Origin: Octopus sinensis
Taxonomy: Eukaryota
Reading direction: 5' to 3'
Assembly (NCBI RefSeq): GCF_006345805.1
Contig: NC_043001.1
Span: forward strand, 91,698,001 to 91,762,000
Length of the DNA stretch: 64,000 nucleotides
Part shown: one piece after another, positions 12,454 to 24,859 of the stretch
How the letters are laid out: every line of letters begins with the position of its first letter
How positions within the stretch are numbered: position 1 is the first letter of the stretch
Position numbers and translations under genes: made by a program
The notes under the pieces: model-generated
Told to the model about the DNA's origin: nothing
What the model saw: only the letters and a program-made list of their open reading frames with translations
Databases searched by the model: none

Positions 12454-12491
12454 TCTTTAACGTTTCGAGCCTACGCTCTTCAACAGAAAGA
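12454..12491 (-). ncRNA. Minimal type I hammerhead in the PLE pseudo-LTR (CUGUUGA variant)
   Basis: tcttt-CTGTTGA-a-gagc(gtag)gctc-GAAAC-GTT-aaaga: stem I tcttt/aaaga, stem II gagc/gctc. Confidence 0.7.
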
Positions 12492-12649
12492 TACACAGAG
12501 AGAGAAAAACACAGAAAGAAGGAGAGAAAAAAAATGCGTGCAGTAGCTAACGAATCAACATGGCGATCTGATTTCGGCCAGAGGTCAAAGATCAAACATG
12601 AGATGCGAGAGCGAAATAAGGGGAGATAATAGGGTTGATAAATGGGTTG

Positions 12650-12724
12650 AGGGACCAGCTAAAAGTGCGTGGGAGGGGTCTGGATGTGTGTATGTATAGG
12701 GTTGGTGTATGTATTAGTATGTAT

Positions 12725-12773
<49 letters not shown>

Positions 12774-13400
12774 AGAGAGTATTAGTGCGTAAGATTGGTC
12801 TGGACATGCGTATGTATGGGGTTGGTGTATGTATTAGTATGTATTAGTATGTATTAGTACGTATTGGTATGTATAGGTATGTGTGTGTGTGTGTGTGAGA
12901 GAGTATAAGTGCGTATGCGGGGTCTGGACGTGTGTATGTATAGGGTTGGTGTAAGTATTAGTATGTACTAGTATGTATTAGTACGTATTAGTATGTATTA
13001 GTTGGTGTGTGTATTAGTATGGCACATCATATGTGATGTGATGTGTAAAGTCATGTGGTGTAGTGAGGAGAAGAGGGGGAGGGGGAGAAGAGGGGGAGGG
13101 GGAAGAGGGGGAAGAGGGAGGAGAGAGAAGGGGAGGGGAAGAAGAGGGGGAGGAGAAGAGGGAAGAGGAGAGGAAGGGGGAGAAGGAAGGGGAGGAGGGG
13201 GATGAAGGAGGAAAGAGGGAGAGGGGGAGAGAGGGAGTGAGGGAGCAGAGGAAGGGGAAGAGGGAGGGAGAAAGAGGGAAGAAGGGAAGGCGAGTAGGGG
13301 TGAAAGGATGAAGGACTGAAGAAGTAGGGGTCGGGGGGAGAAAGGATAGGTGAGGAGGTGGGAGAGGGGGGTTAGATGAGGAGGGGGGGAGAGTTGAGAC
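12650..13400. repeat. Minisatellite (gtattagtat units, GT runs) and about 340-bp purine tract inside the PLE 3' region
   Basis: Repeated gtatagggttggtgtatgtattagtat; G/A-only tract from about 13060 to 13400. Confidence 0.85.
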
Positions 13401-15079
13401 CAAATGGCGTATAAGAGCGAAGAGAGAAGATTAATTCCTGTTCACGGCGCAAACGGGAATCCGGATGGCCTCTGTGTAAGGACAAACCGAACACAGATAG
13501 GTGTTGCAAGGAGTGACCGGTGGAGCGGAAATGGCGTGAGACCGGTGTGTCGTTCGCAAGGTGGATGTCACGAAGGTGTTCCGCGAACCGGTCAGCCAAG
13601 CGGCGTCCCGTTTGTCCGATGTACAAGAATTGCAGAGAGAGCAAGAGATGCAATAGATAATATTGCTGGAGGTGCAGGTGAAGGAGTGGATGATGGGATA
13701 GGGTCGATGGTGGGTGCTAGTGAGGCGGGTGGTGTTGGAGAGGTAAGGGCAAGTGCGGCAACGTGGGCGGGAGCAGGGGAACGAGCCGGGTTGGGAGGTA
13801 GGGTCAGGGAAGGAGCTATGTACCAAAAGGTCTCGAAGGTTGTGGGCTCGTTTGAAAGAGGGGAGGGGTCGGTTAGGGAAGAGGTGTGAAGTGGACGGGT
13901 CGGACTGGAGATGACGGAAAGCTCGAAGAATGGTGCGTTGGAGACGTAGGGTCGTGGGGTGGTAAGTGAGGGGAAAAGGGAGGCGGGAGACTACAGGGCG
14001 GGTTCGGGGAGAGAGAGCAGATACACGGTCCACGGACCGTGCTCTGGCAAGGGCGGTGTGGATAGTGGTGAGGGGGTATCCACGTAGGGTGAAGTGGTGA
14101 GCCATACGTTGAGACTGAGTCTCAAAGTCATGGTCGTCACTACAGAGCCTACGTAGACGGAGGAATTGGGAATAGGGGATGGAAAGCTTGGTGTGTTCTG
14201 GGTGGGAGGAAGAGAAGTTGAGGTATGAGTGTGAGTCTGTGTGTTTGTAGTGAATGGAGGTGGTAAGAGTGGAGTGAAGAATGCTAACCGAAATGTCGAG
14301 GAAGGAGACAGAGGTGTTGGAGATAGTGGAAGTGAAGTGGAGGGCTGGATGGAAAGATTGGACGAAAGAGAGGAAGGAATCTAGATGTTCGCGGGAGAGT
14401 GAGGTGGCACCGATAATGTCGTCAATATAACGACCATATAGTTCAGGAGTGGGACCAGTGAAATTAGAGAATATTTGGGCCTCAACATAGCCAACGAACA
14501 GGTTCGCATAGTTGGGGCCCATTCGCGTTCCCATGGCCACTCCCGAGACCTGATGGTAGAACTCGCCCGCGAACGAGAAGCAGTTCAGAGTAAGGACAAG
14601 TTCGGCCAGACGAATGAGTGTGGAGGTGTCAGGTACAGGGTTAGAGCGGAGGTCAAGAAAGTGTCGAAGGGCCTGCAGTCCTTCGTGGTGAGGGATAACA
14701 GTATAGAGGCTTCGGATGTCCATAGTAAAAAGGATTTTGGAGGAGCCGGGAGGAAAGGAGAAAGAGTTGAAAAGCCGGAGAGCATGGTTGGTATCGTGGA
14801 TGTGGGAGGGAAGAGATGCCACTAGGGGGGCAAGGACACGGTCGAGGTATTTAGAGATGAGCTCCGTGGGGCAGTTACAGGCGGAGACGATGGGGCGGCC
14901 AGGGTTGTTGGGTTTGTGGATTTTGGGGAGGAAGTAAATGGTGGGGGTACGTGGGGTTCGCACAATTAGGTTGGATGCGGTGCGGGGGAGACGGGAGGAC
15001 GAGATGAGGTCTTGGACGGTAGAGGATACCGTCTGTTGGTAGCTACGTGTGGGGTTAGAGGGCAGAGGGGAATAGAAGG
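13372..15079 (-). CDS. PLE reverse transcriptase plus GIY-YIG endonuclease (one frameshift near 13628)
   Basis: Motifs YFLPKIHK, PGRPIVS, TMDIRSLYT, QVSGVAMGTRMGP, RYIDD, FLD; Cys linker CSRPRCRTC; NIIYCISCSLC then LYIGQTGR..RFAEH..V..HF...H..REQELI...GLN. Confidence 0.9.
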
Positions 15080-15400
15080 CTTCTACTATAGCCTCGGGCC
15101 GACCAAAGCCTTGTGAGTGGATTTGGTAGACGGAAACTGAAAGAAGCCCGTCGTATATATGTATATATATATATGTGTGTGTGTTTTGTGTGTCTGTGTT
15201 TGTCCCCCTAGCATTGCTTGACAACCGATGCTGGTGTGTTTATGTCCCCGTTACTTAGCGGTTCGGCAAAAGAGACCGATAGAATAAGTACTGGGCTTAC
15301 AAAAGAATAAATCCCGGTGTCGAGTTGCTCGATTAAAGGCGGTGCTCCAGCATGGCCGCAGTCAAATGACTGAAACAAGTAAAAGAGAGTAAAAGAGAGT
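15080..15400 (+). mobile_element. SINE A 3' part (continuation of 12255-12355)
   Basis: Resumes at ttctactatagcctcgggccgacc. Confidence 0.9.
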
Positions 15401-16082
15401 ATGCATACATGTATGTGCGTGTGTCTATGAATATGTACACTCAAACAGACACACACACAAATACACACATACACACACACAGACACAGACACACGTGCGC
15501 ACAGATACACACACACCTACACATATACAACTTCTTAAGTGGATGAGTGTGTACCTTACACATACGGATCCTAGGTTCTGGGGTGTGTATATTTTTCAAC
15601 ACACACACACACACACATATGTATGAGTACACACACACACATATGTATGAGTACACACACACACAAAGCGTGTGTGTGTGTATGTACTTTTAAGACGACC
15701 TTTTTCTTATGTACGCATACTATTGATATTTGTAATGCATATATACCCACATACGAATAAATATACAATAACATTCAAACATATGTGTGTGTATATACAC
15801 AAGTAAAAACACACATACACACACACTCACACACGTGTGTACACATATGCGTGTTTGTATTTCTGTTACGGTGTTGTGTCAAAGATAGGACTAATAACAA
15901 CGAATATGTCGGGGCGTTTCTGCGTCTGATTTGCTGTTGTCTAACCGGAACTGACGTAGATATCTGCTGGTTGTTTGTTTGTTGAAGGATGGGGATTCGA
16001 CATCAACGATAGCATTCCCCACCTAGTAACATAACAAAACATAGCGAAGACACGGCGGCGAGAGGGATGATTAATATTGTGT

Positions 16083-16450
16083 AACAGAGAGAGGGAGAGA
16101 GAGAGAGAGAGAGAAACAGAGAGAGGAGAGAGAGAGAGTAAAGGAGGGAGAAAGAGAAAAGGAAAGGGACAGAGAAAAGAAAGAGACAGAGAAGACAGAG
16201 ACAAAAAGAGGCAGAGAAAGAGAAAGAGAGAGAGAGAGAGAGACAGAAAGATAGAGACTGAGATACAGAAAGAGACAGAGAAAGAGAGAGAAGGAGACTG
16301 GAGAGGAAAAAGAGAGATGATAAGAGTGAGAGAGATAAAGAGTGAGAGACACACAGAGACAGACAGACTGACAGACAGAGGTAGAGACAAAGATAGAGAT
16401 AGAAATTGTGAAAGGAGTACGAGGAGAAAGAGAAGAAAGAAAATAAGAGC

Positions 16451-16498
<48 letters not shown>

Positions 16499-16640
16499 AA
16501 GAAAGGTATAAAGAGACAAAGAAAAGTAGAGAGAAAATGAGAGAAAGTGAGAGAAAGAGAGTAAGGTGACTGAGAAAGCGAGAGAGAAAGTGAAAGAGAG
16601 AATGAGAGAAATAGACAGAGGGAAAGAGAAAGATGGTGAT
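16083..16640. repeat. (GA)-rich polypurine low-complexity tract
   Basis: Direct inspection; it produces the SLSL/ERER ORFs. Confidence 0.9.
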
Positions 16641-17789
16641 GTCTCATTGTAGTAACACGTTTGAAGTAAAACGAAGATGTGAGTGTGTATGTGCGTGTGT
16701 GTGTGCATGTGTGTGAGAGTGTGTGTGTATGTGTGTGTGCGCACATGTATATGATAATCTGTGCGTGCGTCATAAGTTTTCCGCTAAATAATTATTGTTT
16801 TCTTAATTATAAATTTGCTAAGTAAAATTTCGGGTATTGATACAAAGCACACGAGAGGAGATGCTGTTTAACCATAGGTTAGCACTGATGGAGACAACGT
16901 ATGATCATAAGCATTCTAGCTGTAAAATATGAAGAGTGGAAATTCCAGAGACGCAAGTTTCTGAAAGAGAAGGGGGCCATCTGCCACTGGAATGGGACGA
17001 ATGGGCGCAGCAGTCCGGGCGCTTATTCGGCTGAATGTAGTTTGACAATAGAAGTTTTTAACTCTGTAAGAGCACATACATGCACACGTGCGCTTAGAAA
17101 TATACGCATGCAGTTAAATTGAGGGAGAGAGAGATAAACTATTTACATCTCCTCAGATGCATAAAGAGTAATATGTTTACATATATGAACCAAAGGAATG
17201 AAGCGAGAGAATGCTGGGTGAATGGGAGAACGAGAAAAATATATAAAGACGTCTGATGTCAAACAAGTCAGCGTCGAATCAGCGACGGCTCTAAATAGGT
17301 GGCGTCAAAACGGTTATGTCGAAACGTCTCATATGCCCCTGCGATTATGGACGATGGACGACAGGGGAGGAGGAGGAGGAGGAGGAGGCAGGAATAAGTT
17401 AGGACCAGAAACCATTGTAATAGTGGTAAGAAGGACACAGAGAGGACACAGAACATCTGTAGGCTAGAGATTATGATGTACTTGGGAGAAACACCAAAAA
17501 GTCGAGTGGGTTTTATTTGGATTTAGTCTAAACTGTGTGTCCGTGACTACTAACGCCTCCGTTCCGCCATAAATACACACCTTCCTACTTTATCATCGTT
17601 TTCTAGGTATGTTTGTGAGCAGGCTCTGCTGATTTATGAAAGGGAAAAAGCAATCATTCGCTTGTTGGTAAGAAAATGAGATGGTAAACCGCAACGAAAC
17701 TAACGCCCTGAATTGTAGAACAACTTAAGGGGTAGAACAAGAAAAACAGGTGGGTTTAATGGTTGTTAATGGGTCTGAGAAAGGAGTGA

Positions 17790-18232
17790 GCGATAGAGGA
17801 GAAGAAGACAGAAAAGAAAAAGGGAGAAAGGAAGGAAGGACGAACGAATGAAGGAAAGAAATACTGAATGAAAAATGAACACAAAGGGAAAGCAAATGGA
17901 AGAAAGAAAGGATGGAAGGAAAGAGAGATAGAGAAAGAAAGAAGGGAAAGAAGGAAAGAAAGGGAGAAAGAAAGAAGGAAGGGAGAACGAAATAAGGAAA
18001 GAAAGAAAGAAAGAAAGAAAGAAAGAAGAAAGGAAGGAAGGAAAAACGAAAGAATGAAAGAGAGAATGAATCGATGCTAGTGTGTTTACGTACCCGTAAC
18101 TTAGCGGTTCGGCAAAAGAGACCGATGGAATAAGTACTGGGCTTACAAAGAATAAATCCGGGGGCGATTTGCTCGACTAAAAGCGGTGCTCCAGCATGGC
18201 CGCAGTCAAATGACTGAAACAAGTAAAAGAGT
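17790..18232 (+). repeat. (GAAA/GAAG)n tract followed by a SINE A 3' half (about 18072-18232)
   Basis: Direct inspection and match to the SINE A tail. Confidence 0.8.
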
Positions 18233-18281
18233 ATAGACACATACATACATACATACATACTACATACATACATACATACAT

Positions 18282-18625
18282 TGACGTCAGCTGCAATATA
18301 ACTACGGACAAACTGCTCCTAAACCTCCGGCTTCTATTCTCGGATAATGAATTCACATTTATACCAATAATAATTAGTGCTCTTAGTTTAATGAGTAAAT
18401 ATCTAAGTGACAGTCTGAATAAGCCAGGGTCTTCGGAAGGAGAAATCAACCAACTAACACATTACAAATACGATCTGTAATTATAACTGTTGTAATATGC
18501 AACACTTCCTCAAGTTTAAAATGTGAACTTGTTTTTGTTATATACATTCCAATGGTGAATTTTTGTGCCTTTGTTAGAAACCAGCTCCTTCTTCAGAGGA
18601 AGAATTCAAATAATCAAAAACAAGA
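18282..18625 (+). pseudogene. RLE LINE 3' fragment following (ATAC)n
   Basis: LRLLFSDNEFTFIPIIISALS...LQIRSVIITVVICNT/FLKFKM* with the stop at 18524-18526; homologous to 10195-10900. Confidence 0.65.
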
Positions 18626-19409
18626 TAAAACATAAATACATACATTCCTACATAAATGGTGGTTAACTTCTAGACGAGTATGACATCATCAACAAATATC
18701 GTATCCTAGATCTTAAAAGTAATGGCTGTCAGCAAAGCCCGCGCTGAAATTTAAATTCAATAACAAACAGCTTGTACAACACAACAAAGACTCTCACCTA
18801 CAAAGCCTGGTGGTCTAAAAACAAGAGCGAGATCTCTAACTTCCAATGAGGCGGGTGTTATTTCGAAATTATTTTCCTACAAGATGTCTAAGAAAGACTT
18901 TGGCGTGGTGGAGTGTCTCGTGCTCCCAGCTGTTGGATGGTCTTTTACAATACTGACTTCATCCGTTCTTTGACAAGTTTTGTTTTGTGGTCTAGCATGG
19001 GTGTTTATCAACAACCACCTCCCTTACTCAGATGGTTAGGTAGAGTTGCCGACGACCCAAACATGCGACAGGTTGGACTGAGTTACATGTTACCTGTAGG
19101 AACCACCCGATACATACATACATACCTACATACATACATACATACATACATACATACTTACCTACATACATACACACATACATACATACATACATACATG
19201 CATACATGCATGCATACATACATACATCCATGCATACATACATACATACATACATACATACATACATACATACATACATACATACATACATACATACATA
19301 CATACATGCAAACAGGGAGTGGCAATGTTAGAAAATAGGAGAGTTCTTTGCGATGAAAAAGGACGTAGTTTAAGAAGTGCGCTGATACATGTCTGTGAAA
19401 GACCAAATA

Positions 19410-19976
19410 TATTGGGGTGTCCGGAAAATTCAGGCCGATTTTTAAAGGAAAGAGAAAGGGCAATAAATACTTGCCGTTACATTTTTAATCAACCAAATAT
19501 GAACCATTTTGTTGCACAATGCGTCTCCATCTTTCCCTTAACTCGAAAATACCCTCTTCCCAGAATTGAGGTGGTTTCATGGCAAAGAATTCATCAAAGT
19601 ATCTTTTTACGTCATCCAAGGAATTGAAATTTTTTACCATTAAGACTATTTTGCAGAGACCTGAATAAGTGGAAATCCGAAGGAGCAATATCTGGTGAAT
19701 ATGGAGGGTGGAGTAACACATCGCAGCCGAGCGGCAGCAATTTTTGTCTGGTTCCCAAAGCATCAAGTGCCGAAAATGAACTTTATCTTCCATTTTAAAG
19801 GGTTACAAAATTAACACAGCTTATAGGAACATAAACCTTCTTCCACGAAAAGATAGCTTAAATGTGATCTAAATGGAGGTGTAGTTAAATCCTATTTTAT
19901 GGACTCAACCACGTTCTAAAATAAGTCGAAAGGTAAGCTACTATAAATTGGCACGAACTTTCCGGACAACCCAATA
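19410..19976 (-). mobile_element. Internally deleted mariner (about 570 bp), copy 1
   Basis: TIRs tattggggtgtccggaaaattc / gaactttccggacaacccaata; translates to ..KNFNSLDDVKRYFDEFFAMKPPQFWEEGIFELRERW. Confidence 0.9.
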
Positions 19977-20337
19977 AAATAGTAAATATTAATCATGGAA
20001 CTGTCGAACATTACGGATTCCTTTCTATTGCAAGTATTAAGACAAATTCCCTGATCTGAGGGGCACTCTATAACTTAACCTCTATAACTTAACCAGGCAT
20101 GTCCCGCCCAATGTATTTTCTGTTTAAACTGGTCAGATCTTGCTTCTCACACCTATCCGACAATGCTGTCATCGAAATCTTCACGCGACGAGATAATGCT
20201 TGATTAACTAAAACCAATGTGAATAGAAAAGCATTACCTTTCACAGAGTAATCTGAAAGCTAAAGGATTAAGATACGGCGTCCGTATTGCAACATTACAT
20301 GATTTTCTTACCATATTTTTGTCCATATTGTAGCAAT

Positions 20338-20524
20338 ATAGGGGCAGGAGTGACTGTGTGGTAAGTAGCTTGCTAACCAACCACATGGTTCCGGGTTCAG
20401 TCCCACTGCGTGGCATCTTGGGCAAATGTCTTCTGCTATTGCCTCGGGCCGACGAAAGCCTTGTGAATGGATTTGGTAGACGGAAACTGAAAGAAGCCTG
20501 TCGTATATATGTGTATATATATAT

Positions 20525-20568
<44 letters not shown>

Positions 20569-20790
20569 ATATGTTTGTGTGTCTGTGTTTGTCCCTCTAG
20601 CATTGCTTGACAACCGGTGCTGGTGTGTTTACGTCCCCGTAACTTAGCGGTTCGGCAAAAGAGACCGATAGAATAAGTACTGGGCTTACAAAGAATAAGT
20701 CCCGGGGTCGATTTGCTCGACCAAAAGCGGTGCTCCAGCATGGCCGCAGTCAAATGACTGAAGCAAGTAAAAGAGTAAGAGTAAAGAGTA
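20338..20790 (+). mobile_element. SINE A, full length
   Basis: Complete head, internal microsatellite and tail. Confidence 0.9.
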
Positions 20791-21054
20791 ATATACGAAA
20801 TTTCTTTTGATCCTTTTGTTCATCAGTCTCGAGAGGGTTCCTTACTATCTTTTCGCTCATCAGTCCCGGGAGACTCCACGAAAGATCTACGGTACTGCAC
20901 TTCCACCTCTGACTAAGACACAAAGAAAAGGTGAAAAGAGGATAAGCTCTCTCTCTCTCTCTCTTTCTCTTTCCTTCACATACTCTCTCTCTCTGCCTCT
21001 TTTCCTCCCTCTCTCCGCGTGCACACACACACGCATGCACATCAATATTATAAG

Positions 21055-21385
21055 ACCAAGGTGCATGGCTCAGAGGTTAGAGGGTCGGGCTTACAGTCGT
21101 GAGGTAGTGAGTTCAATTCCCGGATCAGGCTCTGTGCTGTGTTCTTTATTTCACGTTGCTCCAGTTCATTCATCTGTAGAAATGAGTTGCTGCGTCACTG
21201 GTGTCAATCTGTATTCGATTTGCCTTTCTCTTGGATAACATCGGTTGCACGGAGAGGAGAGGCTGGTATGCACGAGCGACTGCTGGCATTCCATACACAA
21301 CCTCGCCCGGACTTGTATCTCGGCGAGTAAACTTTCTAGGTGCAGTCCTATGGTCATTCACGACCGAAGGGGATCTTTAACCTTT
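21055..21385 (+). mobile_element. tRNA-derived SINE family D
   Basis: Head tggctcagaggttaga..gagttcaattccc; the body matches 49796-49992. Confidence 0.8.
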
Positions 21386-21701
21386 TTTACACATTGTAAG
21401 TTAAGTAAGAATGTAAACATATTACTACACCATTCATAAGAGGGGAAAGGGCATAGATTAGCTGCTCATAAAGTTGATCTATGGTATTGATTGGGAAATA
21501 AAGACAAGTAAATCTTCTCTGAGAAGCGGCCAACAAATCCTGAAACGGTCTGTCGCGAGACTTCCGCCATATTTTTTCCACACAATCTTATAAAAAGAAT
21601 ACATTTATAGTATTATTTAACCGCAAGGTATTGTAATATTTTATAACATTTCAGTTCATTGATTAACGTTATTTTGTGAGTATATCTGTACATTTGTGTG
21701 C

Positions 21702-21741
<40 letters not shown>

Positions 21742-21856
21742 TGCGTGCGTGTGTGTGTGTGTGTGTGAGTGCGTGTTTGTGTATGTGTGAGTGGTGTATG
21801 TTCTTTTACAGATTTCAGTGTTTGTACTGCGGCCACGTTGACACAGGCTTCTAGGA

Positions 21857-21931
<75 letters not shown>

Positions 21932-22449
21932 TATATATATTTACAAAGGAACATGGGCTCGGAACCGGAGGTACGTGTTTCTTGCACAGAAGCCCTTATT
22001 TAACTTTAAATGCCTGCAATAGTTATTATTGTTTCAAACTGAAGTATAGACTACTTGAAAAGCGACAGTGAGATTCTGTAATATTCTTATCTCGAATGCA
22101 CCGGCAATCCAAGTATAGTAAAATATTTGCGGTTTTGGCTTGGTGAGAATTTAATACAATCAGATTTTGCACTCTCATGTTGCTTACACTATGTGTGTTT
22201 GTGTATGTGCGTGTGTGTGTATGTATATATATATATATATACATGTGTGTGTGTGTGTGTGTAATAAAATATTTTCAAAATCAACCAGTTTCGCTTATGT
22301 TCATAATGACTAAGTTGTTAGCAATTATGTGCGTAAAAGACAGAGAAAGACTGTCCTATGTAATAGCAGAAATGTAAAGTTCATTTTTTATGTATTAGAT
22401 AATGCCCTATTTTTCGTACTGCGCTATGTAGTTTATGTTTTCTTGTGAG

Positions 22450-22494
<45 letters not shown>

Positions 22495-22518
22495 CAAACA
22501 CACCCACCCACACACGTG

Positions 22519-22591
<73 letters not shown>

Positions 22592-22598
22592 GTCTGCC

Positions 22599-22649
<51 letters not shown>

Positions 22650-22687
22650 GTTTATGTGTATATATATATCAAAAAGTTTTCTTTTAT

Positions 22688-23543
22688 GTATATCAAAATC
22701 TTTCGGAATAGTTGTTATAGAGCGCACTGAAAGCTACCAGTGACCTTCATGAGGCAGTGTGCTGAGTGTTTACTTCGCAAGTTGCGAAATTTGTGCTTTT
22801 GTGATCACGTTTATGTTGTAGTCCGTGATTTTTTGTCACGGACAGGAAGGTGGAACAAAGAGCCAACGTGAGATCTCGCATTAAATTTGGGATGTCTGTT
22901 ATAGAGACATTGAGCAGGCCTCGGCAAGCTTACTGCGATGACGCAATGGATCGTTCGCAATATTTCGCGGGAGAATCTACCTGGAAGATGATGAGCAATC
23001 TGGAAGACCTGCCACAAACCTCAACCGAAGAAATGTGGAGAAAATTCATCAGCTTGTGTATGAAGATCGCCGCAGGGCAATCAAGAACGTTTTGAAACGC
23101 GTGAGGGAGGACATTCGGTGAAAGTGACCGGATTTATGGAGTGCGAAGAATTGGATTATTCACGATGACAATGCTCCCTATCACAGAGCGATCCTCACTC
23201 GAGAGTTTCTCGTCAAGCACAACATGGTATCCCTTCGGCACCCGCCGTATTCGCCAGATTTAGCACTGGGAGATTTCTATCTCTTTCCCAAGATGAAATT
23301 GCATCTGAGAGGCCGCAGTTTTAACACCGTTGTAGAAAGCAATAGCGAATCGCAGGGGGTCTTCGACTCACTTACGGGAAAAGACTCCCAGGCCGGATTC
23401 CAAAAGTGGCAGGAACGTTGGGGGCCGGTGTATTGCTGCGCAAGGTGACTATTCGAAGGAGATGGTATTAAAACTTAGGTAAATAAGTTACTTTGTTTTT
23501 ATTAAACTTAACTAGTCCGGGAACCTTTGATGCCACCTCTAAT
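22688..23543 (+). mobile_element. Degenerate, internally deleted mariner
   Basis: MEQRANV..IKFG at the N-terminus, then HDDNAPYH and HPPYSPDLA..DFYLFPKMK; the right TIR is actagtccgggaacctttgatgccacctc. Confidence 0.85.
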
Positions 23544-23573
23544 ATATATACATATACATACATACACACACAC

Positions 23574-23688
<115 letters not shown>

Positions 23689-23783
23689 TGATTGAGATGA
23701 ATAGGGTACTTAAGTTGAGGCACCAGAGTTTAGTACGGTATTATCCATACAATTTCAAAATAAGATGATTAAAATCAAAATAC

Positions 23784-24194
23784 GCAACAAGGATATCCAG
23801 AGGTAATTCAGTACGATCGGTTCATGCAACTCCATTTAATTTAGCAATGCAATCATTACATCAATTTAAAATGTAGAGCAATCTTCAGCTGCACAAAGAT
23901 ATAGAATTTAATTAAATTAGAGCAGATAGACACATTGATATAATTATACTTAAAATCTCCAAGAAGTTAAGGAGATAGACAAAGAACATGTTGTACCTAC
24001 AACAACAGGTACTTCTTGGAGATTTTAGGTATAATTATATCAATGTGTCTATCTGCTCTAATTTAATTAAATTCTATGTCTTTGTGCAGCTGATGATTGC
24101 TCTACATTTTAAATTGATGTAATGATTGCATTGTTCAATTAAATGGAGTTGCATGAAACGATCGTACTGCATTACTTTTGGATGTCATTGTTGC
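23784..24194. repeat. Inverted repeat, about 184-bp arms with 43-nt spacer; each arm carries an outward-reading hammerhead
   Basis: 23784-23967 is approximately the reverse complement of 24011-24194. Confidence 0.9.
24084..24172 (+). ncRNA. Type I hammerhead ribozyme candidate
   Basis: gtgcag-CTGATGA-ttgc...gcat-GAAAC-gatc-GTA-ctgcat: 6-bp stem I and palindromic ACGATCGT stem III. Confidence 0.7.
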
Positions 24195-24489
24195 TTATTT
24201 ATATATATATATACATCTATCTAGGTCTCTTTCTCTCTCTCTCTTTATAAATATATAAATATATATATATACATTTATTTATTTATTCATATATACATAT
24301 AGCTTTAGGTCTTTGTGTAAAATTTCGTAATGAAAGTGAAGTAATTTACTTCCGATTTTGCTATTCCAACCTAATAAATTTGTGAGTTGAGAAGAGTGGG
24401 AGAAAAAGTTACTGAGTTTGTGTCAAAGAGGAGCGGCAGTCGTAGATCGAGTACGAAGAGTGGGGTGAAGTGGAGATAATTCTAGTTCA

Positions 24490-24750
24490 GTGACCTGTAA
24501 TTGATGCCATGTATCTTAAACAAATCTTGATAAAAATACAACCTTGTTCCTTGATCATCATCATCATCATCACCATCATCAACATCATCGCCATTATTCA
24601 AAACGTCGTCGTCATCACCACTACCACCACCATCATCATTATCATCACCGTAGTCGTCATTATCGTCATCACCATCGTCATCACCATCGTCATCACTACC
24701 GTTATCGTCATCATCGGTGTTATCGTCAAATACCATCAAATCATGCTCTT
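24490..24750. repeat. Degenerate (ATC/GTC/ACC)n tract
   Basis: Direct inspection. Confidence 0.85.
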
Positions 24751-24859
24751 AATTTTCATCCAAGTTCAGACGTCTAAAATTTCGAAACGACTCTCTTAAA
24801 ATATAAATTTTGGATTTTTTATTAGAAGTTTTAAAAAATTTTACTTGTAAATCAGGAAC

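Larger units (their letters stand above)
12356..15079 (-). mobile_element. Penelope-like element (Neptune-type), 5'-truncated, with 11-bp TSD
   Basis: RT plus GIY-YIG ORF, a long simple-repeat 3' region and a hammerhead-bearing pseudo-LTR. TSD cttctactata at 12345-12355 and 15080-15090. Confidence 0.92.

Noticed and set aside
13404-14937. Plus-strand ORFs of 161, 116 and 73 aa
   Set aside because: They are antisense shadows of the GC-rich PLE ORF.
15940-15965. ccggaactgacgt resembling an ETS-CRE promoter composite
   Set aside because: It has one mismatch, is a short motif, and has no associated gene or CpG island.
17268-17330. CTGATGT...GAAACGTC resembling a hammerhead
   Set aside because: The core is wrong at A9 and there are no convincing stems I or II.
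21515-21560. ctgagaag...tgaaacggtc hammerhead-like words
   Set aside because: The core lacks a base and the stems do not pair.
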